A program made the translations under genes and the position numbers. The notes beneath the pieces are model-generated. The model was not told the DNA's origin and ran no database searches. It was given only the letters and a program-made list of their open reading frames with translations. From Clostridia bacterium (lineage in GTDB: Bacteria > Bacillota > Clostridia > UBA1381), in contig JAZOOY010000062.1 in NCBI GenBank assembly GCA_045655325.1, positions 12,401 through 76,400 of the forward strand: DNA of 64,000 nt. The letters are read 5' to 3'. How positions within the stretch are numbered: position 1 is the stretch's first letter; each line of letters begins with the position of its first letter. Of this stretch, positions 17,692-26,462 are shown one piece after another.

Positions 17692-18662
17692 TAGCAACAA
17701 TTATAAATAAAGCCATCGCACAGGGAATTCCTCTATTATTTGGCTCAACAGGTGAAATATTAACAGAAAAATCGGGAAACCTAAACCTTGGAATCCCGGG
17801 AATAATGTATATGGGCGGAAGCTGTGGCATAATCGGTGCATACCTTTATGAACAGATGGTGGATACTCCAAATGCTTTCTGGGGAATTTTAATCCCGCTT
17901 TTGGCGTCACTTATCGGCTCAACATTGGCAGCTTTAATTTATAGCTTCCTTACAATTACACTTCGTGCAAACCAGAACGTTACAGGTCTTGCCCTAACAA
18001 CATTCGGCGTAGGATTTGGAGACTTTTTTGGCGGTTCAATTACAAAGATTTTTGCAAACGGCGGAACTTTGTCAGTAAAAACAACTGCCGACTTCTTTAA
18101 GACTACACTTCCGTTTGCTGATAACTTGGGTTGGTTTGGAGAAATATTCCTATCTCACGGATTTTTAGCGTATTTGGCGGTAATAATAGCTCTTATAACA
18201 GGCTTCATACTAAACAGAACACGAGTTGGCCTTCATCTTCGAAGTGTTGGTGAAAACCCTGCAACTGCTGACGCTGCGGGAATAAACGTTACTAGATACA
18301 AGTATCTTGCAACTTGCATCGGCGGTGCTATTGCAGGTCTTGGCGGACTATTCTTCGTTATGGACTATACAGGCGGTTCTTGGACAAGCGGTGGTTTTGG
18401 TGACAGAGGTTGGCTTGCTATTGCCCTTGTAATCTTTGCACTTTGGAAACCAAGTATGGCTGTTCTTGGCTCATTTGTATTTGGTGGACTTTATATTGCA
18501 TACACTTATATTGACGGACTTTCCCGAAGTGCCGTTGCAATATTCAATATGCTACCATATGTTGTAACTATTCTTGTTCTTATCTTGACAAGCGTAAGAA
18601 ACAAGAAGGAAAATCAGCCACCGGCAGGCCTTGGACTTCCATATTTCAGGGAAGAAAGGTAA
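17688..18662 (+). CDS. ABC transporter permease (second subunit)
   Basis: ATGA overlap with the preceding permease gene. Polytopic membrane protein. Confidence 0.8.
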   Translation: MIATIINKAIAQGIPLLFGSTGEILTEKSGNLNLGIPGIMYMGGSCGIIGAYLYEQMVDTPNAFWGILIPLLASLIGSTLAALIYSFLTITLRANQNVTGLALTTFGVGFGDFFGGSITKIFANGGTLSVKTTADFFKTTLPFADNLGWFGEIFLSHGFLAYLAVIIALITGFILNRTRVGLHLRSVGENPATADAAGINVTRYKYLATCIGGAIAGLGGLFFVMDYTGGSWTSGGFGDRGWLAIALVIFALWKPSMAVLGSFVFGGLYIAYTYIDGLSRSAVAIFNMLPYVVTILVLILTSVRNKKENQPPAGLGLPYFREER

Positions 18663-18679
18663 CAAAATAGGAGAATAAA

Positions 18680-20068
18680 ATGAAAAAAGATGTGTTGATA
18701 ATCGGTGCAGGCCCTGCAGGAATTTTTACAGCCCTTGAAATGATAAGAAAGGGAAGTAAAAAGAAGATTGTTATAGTAGAAAAGGGACAAAGTATTGAAA
18801 AGCGTTCCTGTCCTAAGGCAAAGACAGAAAAATGTGTTGGTTGCAAGCCGTATTGCCATATAACAACAGGTTTTTCAGGAGCCGGTGCATTTTCTGACGG
18901 CAAGCTTTCCTTATCATCGGATGTTGGCGGAGATCTGCCAACTCTAATCGGACAGGAGCTTGCACAGGAAACTATCAACTATACAGATAAAATCTACCTT
19001 GAGTTTGGTGCAGACACTCACGTTGAGGGTATTTCAAACTCACAGGAGGTTAAAGAAATCAGAAGAAATGCTATTAAAGCAGGACTTAAACTTGTTGACT
19101 GTCCTATACGTCATTTAGGAACAGAAAAGGCACATGATATTTACCTTGCAATTGAAAAATATCTTCAGGAAAACGGCGTAGAAATCCTGTTTGGCTATGA
19201 ATGCACGAACCTTATTTTAGAAGGTGATGTATGCCACGGTGCGTATGTTACAGATGGGAAGGCGGAAATGGAAATTCTTGCCGAGCATGTGATTGCCGCA
19301 ACAGGCAGACGTGGCGCTGATTGGCTTGAAAAGATTTGCGCAAAGCATAACATAGCACACGAACCGGGAACTGTTGATATTGGTGTCCGTGTTGAAGTTC
19401 GTAACGAAGTTATGGAAAGGGTTAATGAGGTGCTTTATGAATCAAAGCTAATCGGTTGGCCGGAACCATTCAAAAACAAAGTACGAACATTTTGTCAGAA
19501 CCCAGGCGGATTTGTAAGTCAGGAAAACTATGATAATGACTTGGCAGTTGTTAACGGCCATTCATATAAGGAAAAGAAATCGGACAACACCAACGTGGCA
19601 ATCCTTTGCTCACACAACTTCTCAACCCCGTTTAATCAGCCAATTGCCTATGCACAAAAAGTGGGCGAGCTTACCAATATGCTTGCAAACGGACAGATTT
19701 TGGTTCAGCGCTTTGGGGATATTTTAGACGGAAAACGCACCTGGCCAAAGGAACTTGCTCAAAGCAATGTTCGTCCAACACTGCCTGATGCCGTTGCAGG
19801 GGATATAACCGCTGCAATGCCATATCGTGCAATGATAAACATCATAAACTTTATCAAGGCTGTGGATAAGGTTGTGCCGGGTTTTGCGTCTTATGAAACA
19901 CTACTTTATTCACCGGAATTAAAGTTCTATTCAAACCGTGTCAAGATGGATACTGACTTTAATACAAGTATCAAGGGACTTCACTGTCTTGGTGACTCAA
20001 GTGGTTGGACACGTGGTCTTATGATGGCGTCCTGTATGGGTGTTTTGATGGGAAGAAAACTTATGTAA
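18680..20068 (+). CDS. FAD-dependent oxidoreductase of unknown function (COG2509-like)
   Basis: N-terminal dinucleotide fold VLIIGAGPAGIFTA. 462 aa. Resembles uncharacterised FAD-dependent dehydrogenases common in Clostridia. Confidence 0.55.
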   Translation: MKKDVLIIGAGPAGIFTALEMIRKGSKKKIVIVEKGQSIEKRSCPKAKTEKCVGCKPYCHITTGFSGAGAFSDGKLSLSSDVGGDLPTLIGQELAQETINYTDKIYLEFGADTHVEGISNSQEVKEIRRNAIKAGLKLVDCPIRHLGTEKAHDIYLAIEKYLQENGVEILFGYECTNLILEGDVCHGAYVTDGKAEMEILAEHVIAATGRRGADWLEKICAKHNIAHEPGTVDIGVRVEVRNEVMERVNEVLYESKLIGWPEPFKNKVRTFCQNPGGFVSQENYDNDLAVVNGHSYKEKKSDNTNVAILCSHNFSTPFNQPIAYAQKVGELTNMLANGQILVQRFGDILDGKRTWPKELAQSNVRPTLPDAVAGDITAAMPYRAMINIINFIKAVDKVVPGFASYETLLYSPELKFYSNRVKMDTDFNTSIKGLHCLGDSSGWTRGLMMASCMGVLMGRKLM

Positions 20069-20078
20069 AAAATAAATA

Positions 20079-20117
20079 AACGGTAAGGTATTTTGCCTTG
20101 CCGTTTTTGGTTTTTTA
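20079..20117 (+). terminator. intrinsic terminator after the FAD-oxidoreductase gene
   Basis: CGGTAAGG-TATTTTG-CCTTGCCG, followed by TTTTTGGTTTTTT. Confidence 0.7.
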
Positions 20118-20118
20118 A

Positions 20119-20147
20119 TTGACTATATATGGTATTTGTGATAGAAT
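20119..20147 (+). promoter_or_regulatory. sigma-A-type promoter upstream of wecB
   Basis: TTGACT, 17 nt spacer, TAGAAT. Confidence 0.5.
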
Positions 20148-20184
20148 AAATATAACTATAACTAGACTTTGGAGGAGGAGCATA

Positions 20185-21279
20185 ATGAAAAAAGTAATGC
20201 TAGTATTCGGTACACGTCCGGAAGCAATAAAAATGTGTCCTTTAGTAAACGAATTAAAATCAAGAGAGAATATAGAAACAGTAGTCTGCGTAACAGGTCA
20301 GCACCGTCAGATGCTTGACGTAGTTTTAAACGCATTTTCTGTTGTGCCTGATTATGACCTTTCAATTATGAAGGACAAGCAGACATTATTTGATATAACA
20401 ACAAATATTTTAAACGGAATAAAAGAAATTTTGGAAAAGGAAAAGCCGGATGTTGTTTTGGTTCACGGCGATACTTCAACAACATTTGTAACAGCTCTTG
20501 CGTGCTTCTATCTGCAGATTCCTGTGGGTCACGTTGAAGCAGGTCTTAGAACATACAATATCTATTCACCTTATCCTGAAGAATTTAACCGTCAGGCTGT
20601 GGGTATTGTGGCAAAATACAACTTTGCCCCAACCGAGCTTTCAAAGGAGAATCTGGTTCGTGAAGGAAAAGATGAGTCAACAATTTACGTTACAGGAAAC
20701 ACCGCAATTGATGCTCTAAAGACTACAGTTAAGGATGACTACTACCACGAACAGCTCCAGTGGGCAAAAGATTCAAGGCTTATTATGATAACTGCTCACA
20801 GACGTGAAAATCTTGGTGAGCCAATGAAGAATATGTTCCGTGCAATTAAGCGCATAATGGAAGAACATCCTGACACAAAGGCACTTTATCCTATTCACAT
20901 GAACCCAGTGGTAAGAGAAACTGCCAACGAAATCTTGGGCGATTGTGATCGCATAAGAATCATTGAGCCACTTGATGTTCTTGACTTCCATAACTTCCTG
21001 AACGCAAGTTATCTTATCTTAACCGATAGTGGCGGAATTCAGGAAGAAGCACCTTCCCTTGGAAAGCCTGTTCTTGTAATGCGTGATACAACAGAACGTC
21101 CTGAAGGAATCAAAGCGGGAACATTAAAGCTTGTTGGAACAGACGAAGAAGTAATTTACAGAGAATTTAAGACGCTTTTGGAAAACGAAGAAGAATATAA
21201 GAAGATGAGCCATGCGTCTAACCCTTATGGTGACGGATTTGCATGTAAGAGAATTGCTGACATTTTGGAAAAAGAATAA
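20185..21279 (+). CDS. wecB: UDP-N-acetylglucosamine 2-epimerase (non-hydrolysing)
   Basis: Start moved to ATG 20185 behind GGAGGAGG. N-terminus MKKVMLVFGTRPEAIKM. Motifs HGDTSTT, HVEAGLRT and TDSGGIQEEAP. Confidence 0.85.
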   Translation: MKKVMLVFGTRPEAIKMCPLVNELKSRENIETVVCVTGQHRQMLDVVLNAFSVVPDYDLSIMKDKQTLFDITTNILNGIKEILEKEKPDVVLVHGDTSTTFVTALACFYLQIPVGHVEAGLRTYNIYSPYPEEFNRQAVGIVAKYNFAPTELSKENLVREGKDESTIYVTGNTAIDALKTTVKDDYYHEQLQWAKDSRLIMITAHRRENLGEPMKNMFRAIKRIMEEHPDTKALYPIHMNPVVRETANEILGDCDRIRIIEPLDVLDFHNFLNASYLILTDSGGIQEEAPSLGKPVLVMRDTTERPEGIKAGTLKLVGTDEEVIYREFKTLLENEEEYKKMSHASNPYGDGFACKRIADILEKE

Positions 21280-21294
21280 GAAAGGTAGCGAAAT

Positions 21295-22257
21295 ATGAAA
21301 ACAATTTGGTTGGTTATTCCGTGCTATAACGAAGAAGAAATAATTTCAAAAACCGCAGAGTGTACAAAAGAACTTATGTACTCTCTTATTAGTGCGGAAA
21401 AAATTTCAAAAGCCAGCCGAATTTTATTCGTAAACGATGGCTCAAAGGACAGAACTTATGAGATAATTCAGGAGCTTTGCAAGGAAGACAAAATCTTCGC
21501 CTGCGTCAATCTGTCCCGAAACAGAGGCCATCAGAACGCGCTTTTGGCAGGTCTTATGACGGCCAAAAACTATGCAGATGCGGTTATTTCTATGGATGCA
21601 GACCTGCAGGACGATATAAACGTAATTAAAGATTTTATTGATAAATTTGAAGATGGATATGACGTTGTTTATGGCGTAAGATGCGATAGAACAACCGATA
21701 CATTCTTCAAGAAATTCACCGCAGAAAGCTTTTATAAGTTTATGAAAGCGATGGGCGTTGATGTTGTTTATAATCATGCAGACTATCGTTTGATGTCAAA
21801 AAGAGCTTTAGACGGATTGTCAGAATTTGACGAAGTAAACACATTCCTTCGCGGAATTGTTCCGCTAATCGGCTATAAATCAACTCAGGTTGAGTATGCC
21901 CGAAAAAAAAGGGAAGCAGGCAAGACAAAATACGGCTTAAGAAAAATGATTTCCTTTGCAATGGAAGGAATCACATCATTCAGTGTACGCCCAATAAAGC
22001 TTGCACTGGCGCTTGGAATAATATCGTTTTTGGTGAGCATAGGTATGCTTATTTACTGCATTTATGAGCATAGTATTGGAAACACTGTAAGCGGTTGGGC
22101 CAGCCTTGGCGTGTCTATATGGGCAATAGGCGGACTACAGATGCTTATGCTTGGCATCGTGGGTGAATACGTAGGCAAGATCTACCTTGAAACAAAGCAT
22201 CGCCCAAAATATATAATTGAGTCCGTGACATTAACAGAAGAGGTGGACGATGAATAA
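21295..22257 (+). CDS. family 2 glycosyltransferase, polyprenyl-phosphate sugar synthase type (GtrB/CsbB-like)
   Basis: N-terminal GT-A domain (VIPCYNEE, DGSKD, DADLQD) plus two C-terminal TM helices, as in GtrB/CsbB. Confidence 0.75.
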   Translation: MKTIWLVIPCYNEEEIISKTAECTKELMYSLISAEKISKASRILFVNDGSKDRTYEIIQELCKEDKIFACVNLSRNRGHQNALLAGLMTAKNYADAVISMDADLQDDINVIKDFIDKFEDGYDVVYGVRCDRTTDTFFKKFTAESFYKFMKAMGVDVVYNHADYRLMSKRALDGLSEFDEVNTFLRGIVPLIGYKSTQVEYARKKREAGKTKYGLRKMISFAMEGITSFSVRPIKLALALGIISFLVSIGMLIYCIYEHSIGNTVSGWASLGVSIWAIGGLQMLMLGIVGEYVGKIYLETKHRPKYIIESVTLTEEVDDE

Positions 22258-22639
22258 GAAAATTACCCGGGAAATATTCTGGTACGTATTTTTCGGTGCA
22301 CTTACAACCCTGATAAACACGGTTGCGTACTGGATACTCTATTATGGTATCAGCGCATCAAACACTACATCAACTATAATTTCCTGGTTGTTGGCGGTGG
22401 TCTTTGCTTATGTAACCAACAAACTATGGGTCTTTGAAAAAGGAAATAAATCCACCCTAAAAGAGGCTACAGAGTTTTTCTTATCAAGAATATCAACAGG
22501 CATTTTGGACCTTTTGATTATGTATGTTGGAGTAGAACTCTTGTTCTTTGAAGGTGGAATAATAAAAATAATTTCCAATGTGGTTGTAATCATTTTAAAC
22601 TATATTTTGAGTAAGCTTTTTGTGTTCAAAAAATCTTGA
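22250..22639 (+). CDS. GtrA family membrane protein
   Basis: 129 aa with 4 TM. N-terminus FWYVFFGALTTLINTVAY is typical of GtrA. Overlaps the GT2 stop. Confidence 0.7.
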   Translation: MNKKITREIFWYVFFGALTTLINTVAYWILYYGISASNTTSTIISWLLAVVFAYVTNKLWVFEKGNKSTLKEATEFFLSRISTGILDLLIMYVGVELLFFEGGIIKIISNVVVIILNYILSKLFVFKKS

Positions 22640-22882
22640 CGAATCGGGGAAGTTTTTAACCATAAATGTCTTAAAAACTCACCTTTTCCTGTCGTGTTTT
22701 CGGGATAAAAGGACGATAAGAAAAATCTTGAAAAACGGCATAAAAACACCAATAATCGCTGTTTTTGACGGACTATAAAATATTGTGTCATACCCTGTCG
22801 AACGAAACTTATAGAAAAATGTAATTTTGTATTGACATTGATATTTTTATGTGCTAAATTGATGTCGAAAGGAGCGATAAAT

Positions 22883-23026
22883 ATGACTACATACACAGAA
22901 AGAGTAAATGAATTAAGAGCGGCAATAGATTTTGAAATTAACGAAAATGAGGTGATTGATTTAACCTCGCCAGAGCTTATAGAAAAAGCACTATTGATTG
23001 AGCAGGAACTGGTTCTTGCCAGCTAA
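22883..23026 (+). CDS. 47-aa peptide, possibly a Spo0E-family aspartyl-phosphate phosphatase
   Basis: ATG 22883 behind AGGAG. Helical pattern ERVNELRAAI...LTSPELIEKALLIEQEL loosely resembles Spo0E/YnzD/YisI. Own promoter-like TTGACA at 22843. Confidence 0.3.
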   Translation: MTTYTERVNELRAAIDFEINENEVIDLTSPELIEKALLIEQELVLAS

Positions 23027-23036
23027 AAATATCCAC

Positions 23037-23100
23037 AAAAATCCCCTGTTTTCAGACTTGATGTACTGATAGTACCAAGAGTAAAAACAGGGATTTTTTT
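23037..23100. terminator. bidirectional terminator between the small ORF and malQ
   Basis: AAAATCCCCTGTTTT ... AAAACAGGGATTTT extended hairpin with an inner stem GTACT-GAT-AGTAC. T-run on the plus strand, A-run upstream. Confidence 0.65.
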
Positions 23101-23103
23101 ATT

Positions 23104-24555
23104 TTATATTCTTTTGTAAACTTGGGTTAAGTGACGGATTTTTTCTGCGGCACTATCTGTCAAAACGTCCTTTGTAATTCTGAAACTCCAGTTGTCTGTG
23201 CTAAGTGTTGACGGAGTGTTCATTCTTCCCGGGATTTCCAAAAAGTCCTGAATAGGAATAATTGCAAGTTTTGAACTGCTTGACAAAGTTGCACGAACCA
23301 TTCCCTGGGAAATATCCTTGTCGTCCTTAATGTTCAGGTATTCACGGATATATTCCTTATTAGGCTCATTTTGGAACCAGCCGGCACAAGTGTCATTGTC
23401 GTGAGTGCCTGTGTATACCACGCTGTTTTCAGGGTGGTGGTGAAGAAGATAGGTGTTGTCGTTATAAGGGTCAAAGGCAAACTGAAGAACTTTCATTCCA
23501 GGGAAACCGCAATTCTCTAAAAGCTTGTGCACTTCTTCGGTTAAGAACCCTAAATCTTCAGCTATAATTTCAATATCACAACTTCTCTTAATAACGCTGA
23601 AAAGGTCCATTCCTGGCCCTTTAATCCATTTTCCACCCTTGGCATCGGCATCGCCATAAGGAATGGCATAGAACGCTTCAAAGCCACGGAAATGGTCAAT
23701 TCGCACCACGTCAAACAATTTGGAGCAATTGTTTACACGCTTTATCCACCAATCATATCCGGTACTTCTCATTGCATTCCAGTCATAAAGGGGATTTCCC
23801 CAAAGCTGACCATCTTCGCAAAAAGCATCCGGTGGACAGCCTGCAACATTTGTTGGCATGCCGTTAATGTCAAGCATAAACTGTGACTGGTTTGCCCAAA
23901 CGTCTGCGGAATCAAGAGCGGCGTAAATAGGCAGGTCGCCAATTATTTTGACGCCATTTTTTTCGGCATATTCCTTTAATTTTTTCCACTGTGAATAGAA
24001 AAGGTACTGACCAAACTTATAAAAATCAATGCTATCAGCTATGCGGTCACGATAGGCATAAGAGATTGGCAAGTGCCTTAAATTTTCGTCCCATTCATAC
24101 CAAGGAAGAAAATCATTGTCTTCTTTTATAGCCATAAACAGAGCATAAGAATCAAGCCAGTACGCATTTTCACGTTCAAATTCATAGTACTTTTCATTCT
24201 TTTCAAAATTCAGGAAAGCTCTTCTTAAAATAAACTCCCTTGAATCACGAACTGCATCAAAATTGACCTTTTTAGGATCGTATCCGAAGTTCGGAACGTC
24301 AAGGTCGTCTTCTGTTAAAAGGTCATCTTTTACCAAAAGGTCAAGGTCAATTAAAAGGGTGTTTCCTGCAAACACGCTTGGACTCTGGTAAGGTGAGTTA
24401 CCAAAAGCGGTTGGGTTTGTTGGAAGAATCTGCCAATAACTCTGACCTGATGCTTTTAAAAAGTCAATAAAGTCATATGCTTCTTTCCCGATTGTGCCAA
24501 TTCCGTATGGCGATGGAAGGCTCGAAATATGTAATAAAATGCCTGATTTTCGCAT
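23104..24555 (-). CDS. malQ: 4-alpha-glucanotransferase (amylomaltase, GH77)
   Basis: Start moved to the ATG at 24555 (MRKSGILLHISSLPSPYGIG, the classic MalQ N-terminus). Also RIDHFRGF and TGTHDNDT motifs. Confidence 0.85.
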   Translation of the reverse strand: MRKSGILLHISSLPSPYGIGTIGKEAYDFIDFLKASGQSYWQILPTNPTAFGNSPYQSPSVFAGNTLLIDLDLLVKDDLLTEDDLDVPNFGYDPKKVNFDAVRDSREFILRRAFLNFEKNEKYYEFERENAYWLDSYALFMAIKEDNDFLPWYEWDENLRHLPISYAYRDRIADSIDFYKFGQYLFYSQWKKLKEYAEKNGVKIIGDLPIYAALDSADVWANQSQFMLDINGMPTNVAGCPPDAFCEDGQLWGNPLYDWNAMRSTGYDWWIKRVNNCSKLFDVVRIDHFRGFEAFYAIPYGDADAKGGKWIKGPGMDLFSVIKRSCDIEIIAEDLGFLTEEVHKLLENCGFPGMKVLQFAFDPYNDNTYLLHHHPENSVVYTGTHDNDTCAGWFQNEPNKEYIREYLNIKDDKDISQGMVRATLSSSSKLAIIPIQDFLEIPGRMNTPSTLSTDNWSFRITKDVLTDSAAEKIRHLTQVYKRI

Positions 24556-24707
24556 GATATGTACCTCTTTTATATTGATATATACCATTCTATCACAACT
24601 ATGGGAAAAATGCAAAGAATATTGAAATTTTTAGTAAAAAGGAGTATAATAGAGTAGAGTAAAAAAGTTTAGTAATTTTAAATAGAACAAAACACAGGAG
24701 ACATAAA

Positions 24708-25346
24708 ATGACAACATTACTTTTAATTCGTCACGGTGAAAGCGAGGCAAATGCCGATAAAGTGTTTGTAGGTCACACTGATGTAGACCTTTCACCGCTT
24801 GGAGAACTTCAGGCACAAAAAACAGCAGAATTTATCAAGGAAAACTATAAGGTTGACAAGGTTTATGCAAGTGACTTAAAAAGAGCCTATAGAACGGGAA
24901 AATTCGTAGCAGACGCCTTGGGACTTGATGTAACCGCCGATAGCGGACTTCGTGAAATCTATGCAGGAAGCTGGGAAGGTGAAAAGTTTCAGACACTAAT
25001 GGATACAAATGCCGACTATGCTGTGTGGAAAAATGATATCGGAAACTCTTGCCCAACAGATGGCGAACCTGTCAGGGACGTGTGGGACAGAATCCACTAC
25101 AAACTTCTTGAGATTGCAATAATGAATGAAGGCAAAACTATTGCCATAGCAACTCACGCAACGCCGATTCGCTGTATGATAGCAAGATGCCTTGGTATGG
25201 GACTTTCAGGTATGAAAAATCTTCCTTGGGCAGTAAATGCATCAGTTACCGAAATTACATTTGAAAATGACATGTTTATGGTGACAAAGGCGCCACAATT
25301 TAAGCATTTAGCTGACCTTAAAACTGAATTACCGAATAACGTATAA
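24708..25346 (+). CDS. histidine phosphatase (phosphoglycerate mutase) family protein
   Basis: LIRHGESEAN catalytic RHG motif. 212 aa. Confidence 0.75.
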   Translation: MTTLLLIRHGESEANADKVFVGHTDVDLSPLGELQAQKTAEFIKENYKVDKVYASDLKRAYRTGKFVADALGLDVTADSGLREIYAGSWEGEKFQTLMDTNADYAVWKNDIGNSCPTDGEPVRDVWDRIHYKLLEIAIMNEGKTIAIATHATPIRCMIARCLGMGLSGMKNLPWAVNASVTEITFENDMFMVTKAPQFKHLADLKTELPNNV

Positions 25347-25370
25347 AAGCAGGCAAATGCCTGCTTTTTA
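25345..25370 (+). terminator. intrinsic terminator of the histidine phosphatase gene
   Basis: GCAGGC-AAAT-GCCTGC followed by TTTTT. Confidence 0.7.
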
Positions 25371-25467
25371 TAATATAGGAAATTGCGTAAATCGCAATGA
25401 CGTATATTTCAAAATTGCTTCCTTATTCCTACGCCCGCAGGCGGGGCTTCTATCAAAAGCTTTTTTA
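25369..25467 (+). repeat. copy B of the ~98-nt intergenic repeat
   Basis: See copy A. Starts in the terminator T-run and ends on the TAA stop of the convergent thioesterase gene. Confidence 0.85.
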
Positions 25468-25854
25468 TTTTGTTACAAGTCTTGGTACAGGCGTTGGGCG
25501 GTCATTTTCATCAAGTGCCACCATAACAAGTCGTGCCTTATTAATAAGCTTTCTCTCGCCAGAAAGATACTCAATATAAGTGTTCACCGCAATATCCATG
25601 GAAGATGTGCCAACCTTTTCGATTTTTCCTGTTAAAACCAGGGTGTCGTTAACACGTGCTGGGTGCTTGAATTCAAGGCTATCCACCAAAACTGTGGTGA
25701 CGTTTCGTTGACTGTGGCGCCTTGCGGTAACTGCTGCCACAATATCAATCCATTCCATAAGTTGACCGCCAAAAAGCCTGCCAAATCCGTTCATGTTTGA
25801 CTGGGTCAGAATCTGTACTTGTTCCGTGTATGAATCTTTTGCTGATTTTTCCAT
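25465..25854 (-). CDS. acyl-CoA thioesterase (hotdog fold, YciA/Acot-like)
   Basis: 129 aa. The NGFGRLFGGQLMEWID pattern is typical of hotdog thioesterases. Confidence 0.7.
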   Translation of the reverse strand: MEKSAKDSYTEQVQILTQSNMNGFGRLFGGQLMEWIDIVAAVTARRHSQRNVTTVLVDSLEFKHPARVNDTLVLTGKIEKVGTSSMDIAVNTYIEYLSGERKLINKARLVMVALDENDRPTPVPRLVTK

Positions 25855-25972
25855 ATAAATTCCTCCAATTTTTAATAGTATTTTCTTAAAAAATGGAAAA
25901 ATACCAACTTTACATAGAATAAAATTTGTGGTAAAATAGAAGATAATGGTAAAGCTAGTTTTGGAGGCAAAA

Positions 25973-26461
25973 ATGTTTAAAAAATTCTATCCTGACGTAA
26001 GATTTAAATCAATTAAAGATATAACCGCTGACCTTTTAAAGGAAAAAGGTATAGATTATGCACTACTTGACATTGACAACACTTTGGTAAGCTATACAAG
26101 TCCTTTGGCGGATGATAATGCAAGGGAATTCCTTTCAATGCTTGACGAACTTGGAATAAAATACGCTTTTGTTTCAAACAACCACAAGGCACGTGTTGCA
26201 AAGTTTGCAGAGGAATTTGGTGCAGTTTACGTTAACGATGCGGCAAAACCGCTTTTGTTTGGTATAAAAAGAGCTATGCGAAAAATCGGTGCCGAAAAAT
26301 GCAAAACTGCCTTTATCGGTGACCAGGTTTTCACAGATGTTTATGCGGGAAAAAGAGCAGGACTTTTCACCATTATGGTAGACCCGATTGAAGCGAAAGA
26401 AACACCGTTTTTTGCAGTAAAGAGATACTTTGAGAAAATTGTTTTAAAGGATATGAACTGA
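25973..26461 (+). CDS. YqeG-family HAD-IIIA phosphatase
   Basis: Start moved to ATG 25973 behind GGAGG. DIDNTL HAD motif I, then VSNN and GDQVFTD motifs. Gene order with aroE as in the Bacillus yqeG region. Confidence 0.7.
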   Translation: MFKKFYPDVRFKSIKDITADLLKEKGIDYALLDIDNTLVSYTSPLADDNAREFLSMLDELGIKYAFVSNNHKARVAKFAEEFGAVYVNDAAKPLLFGIKRAMRKIGAEKCKTAFIGDQVFTDVYAGKRAGLFTIMVDPIEAKETPFFAVKRYFEKIVLKDMN

Positions 26462-26462
26462 T

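Noticed and set aside
22600-22896. 98-aa minus-strand ORF filling the gtrA/Spo0E-like spacer.
   Set aside because: It overlaps the 3' end of gtrA and the start of the small plus-strand ORF. It has no SD and an implausible composition.
25397-25579. Small ORFs starting inside the repeated element: 25357-25635 and 25397-25579 in the track, with the counterpart beginning at ATG 11613 in copy A.
   Set aside because: No SD. The frames agree only within the repeat and diverge immediately outside it. They run antisense into real genes. The substitutions are not biased towards synonymous changes.
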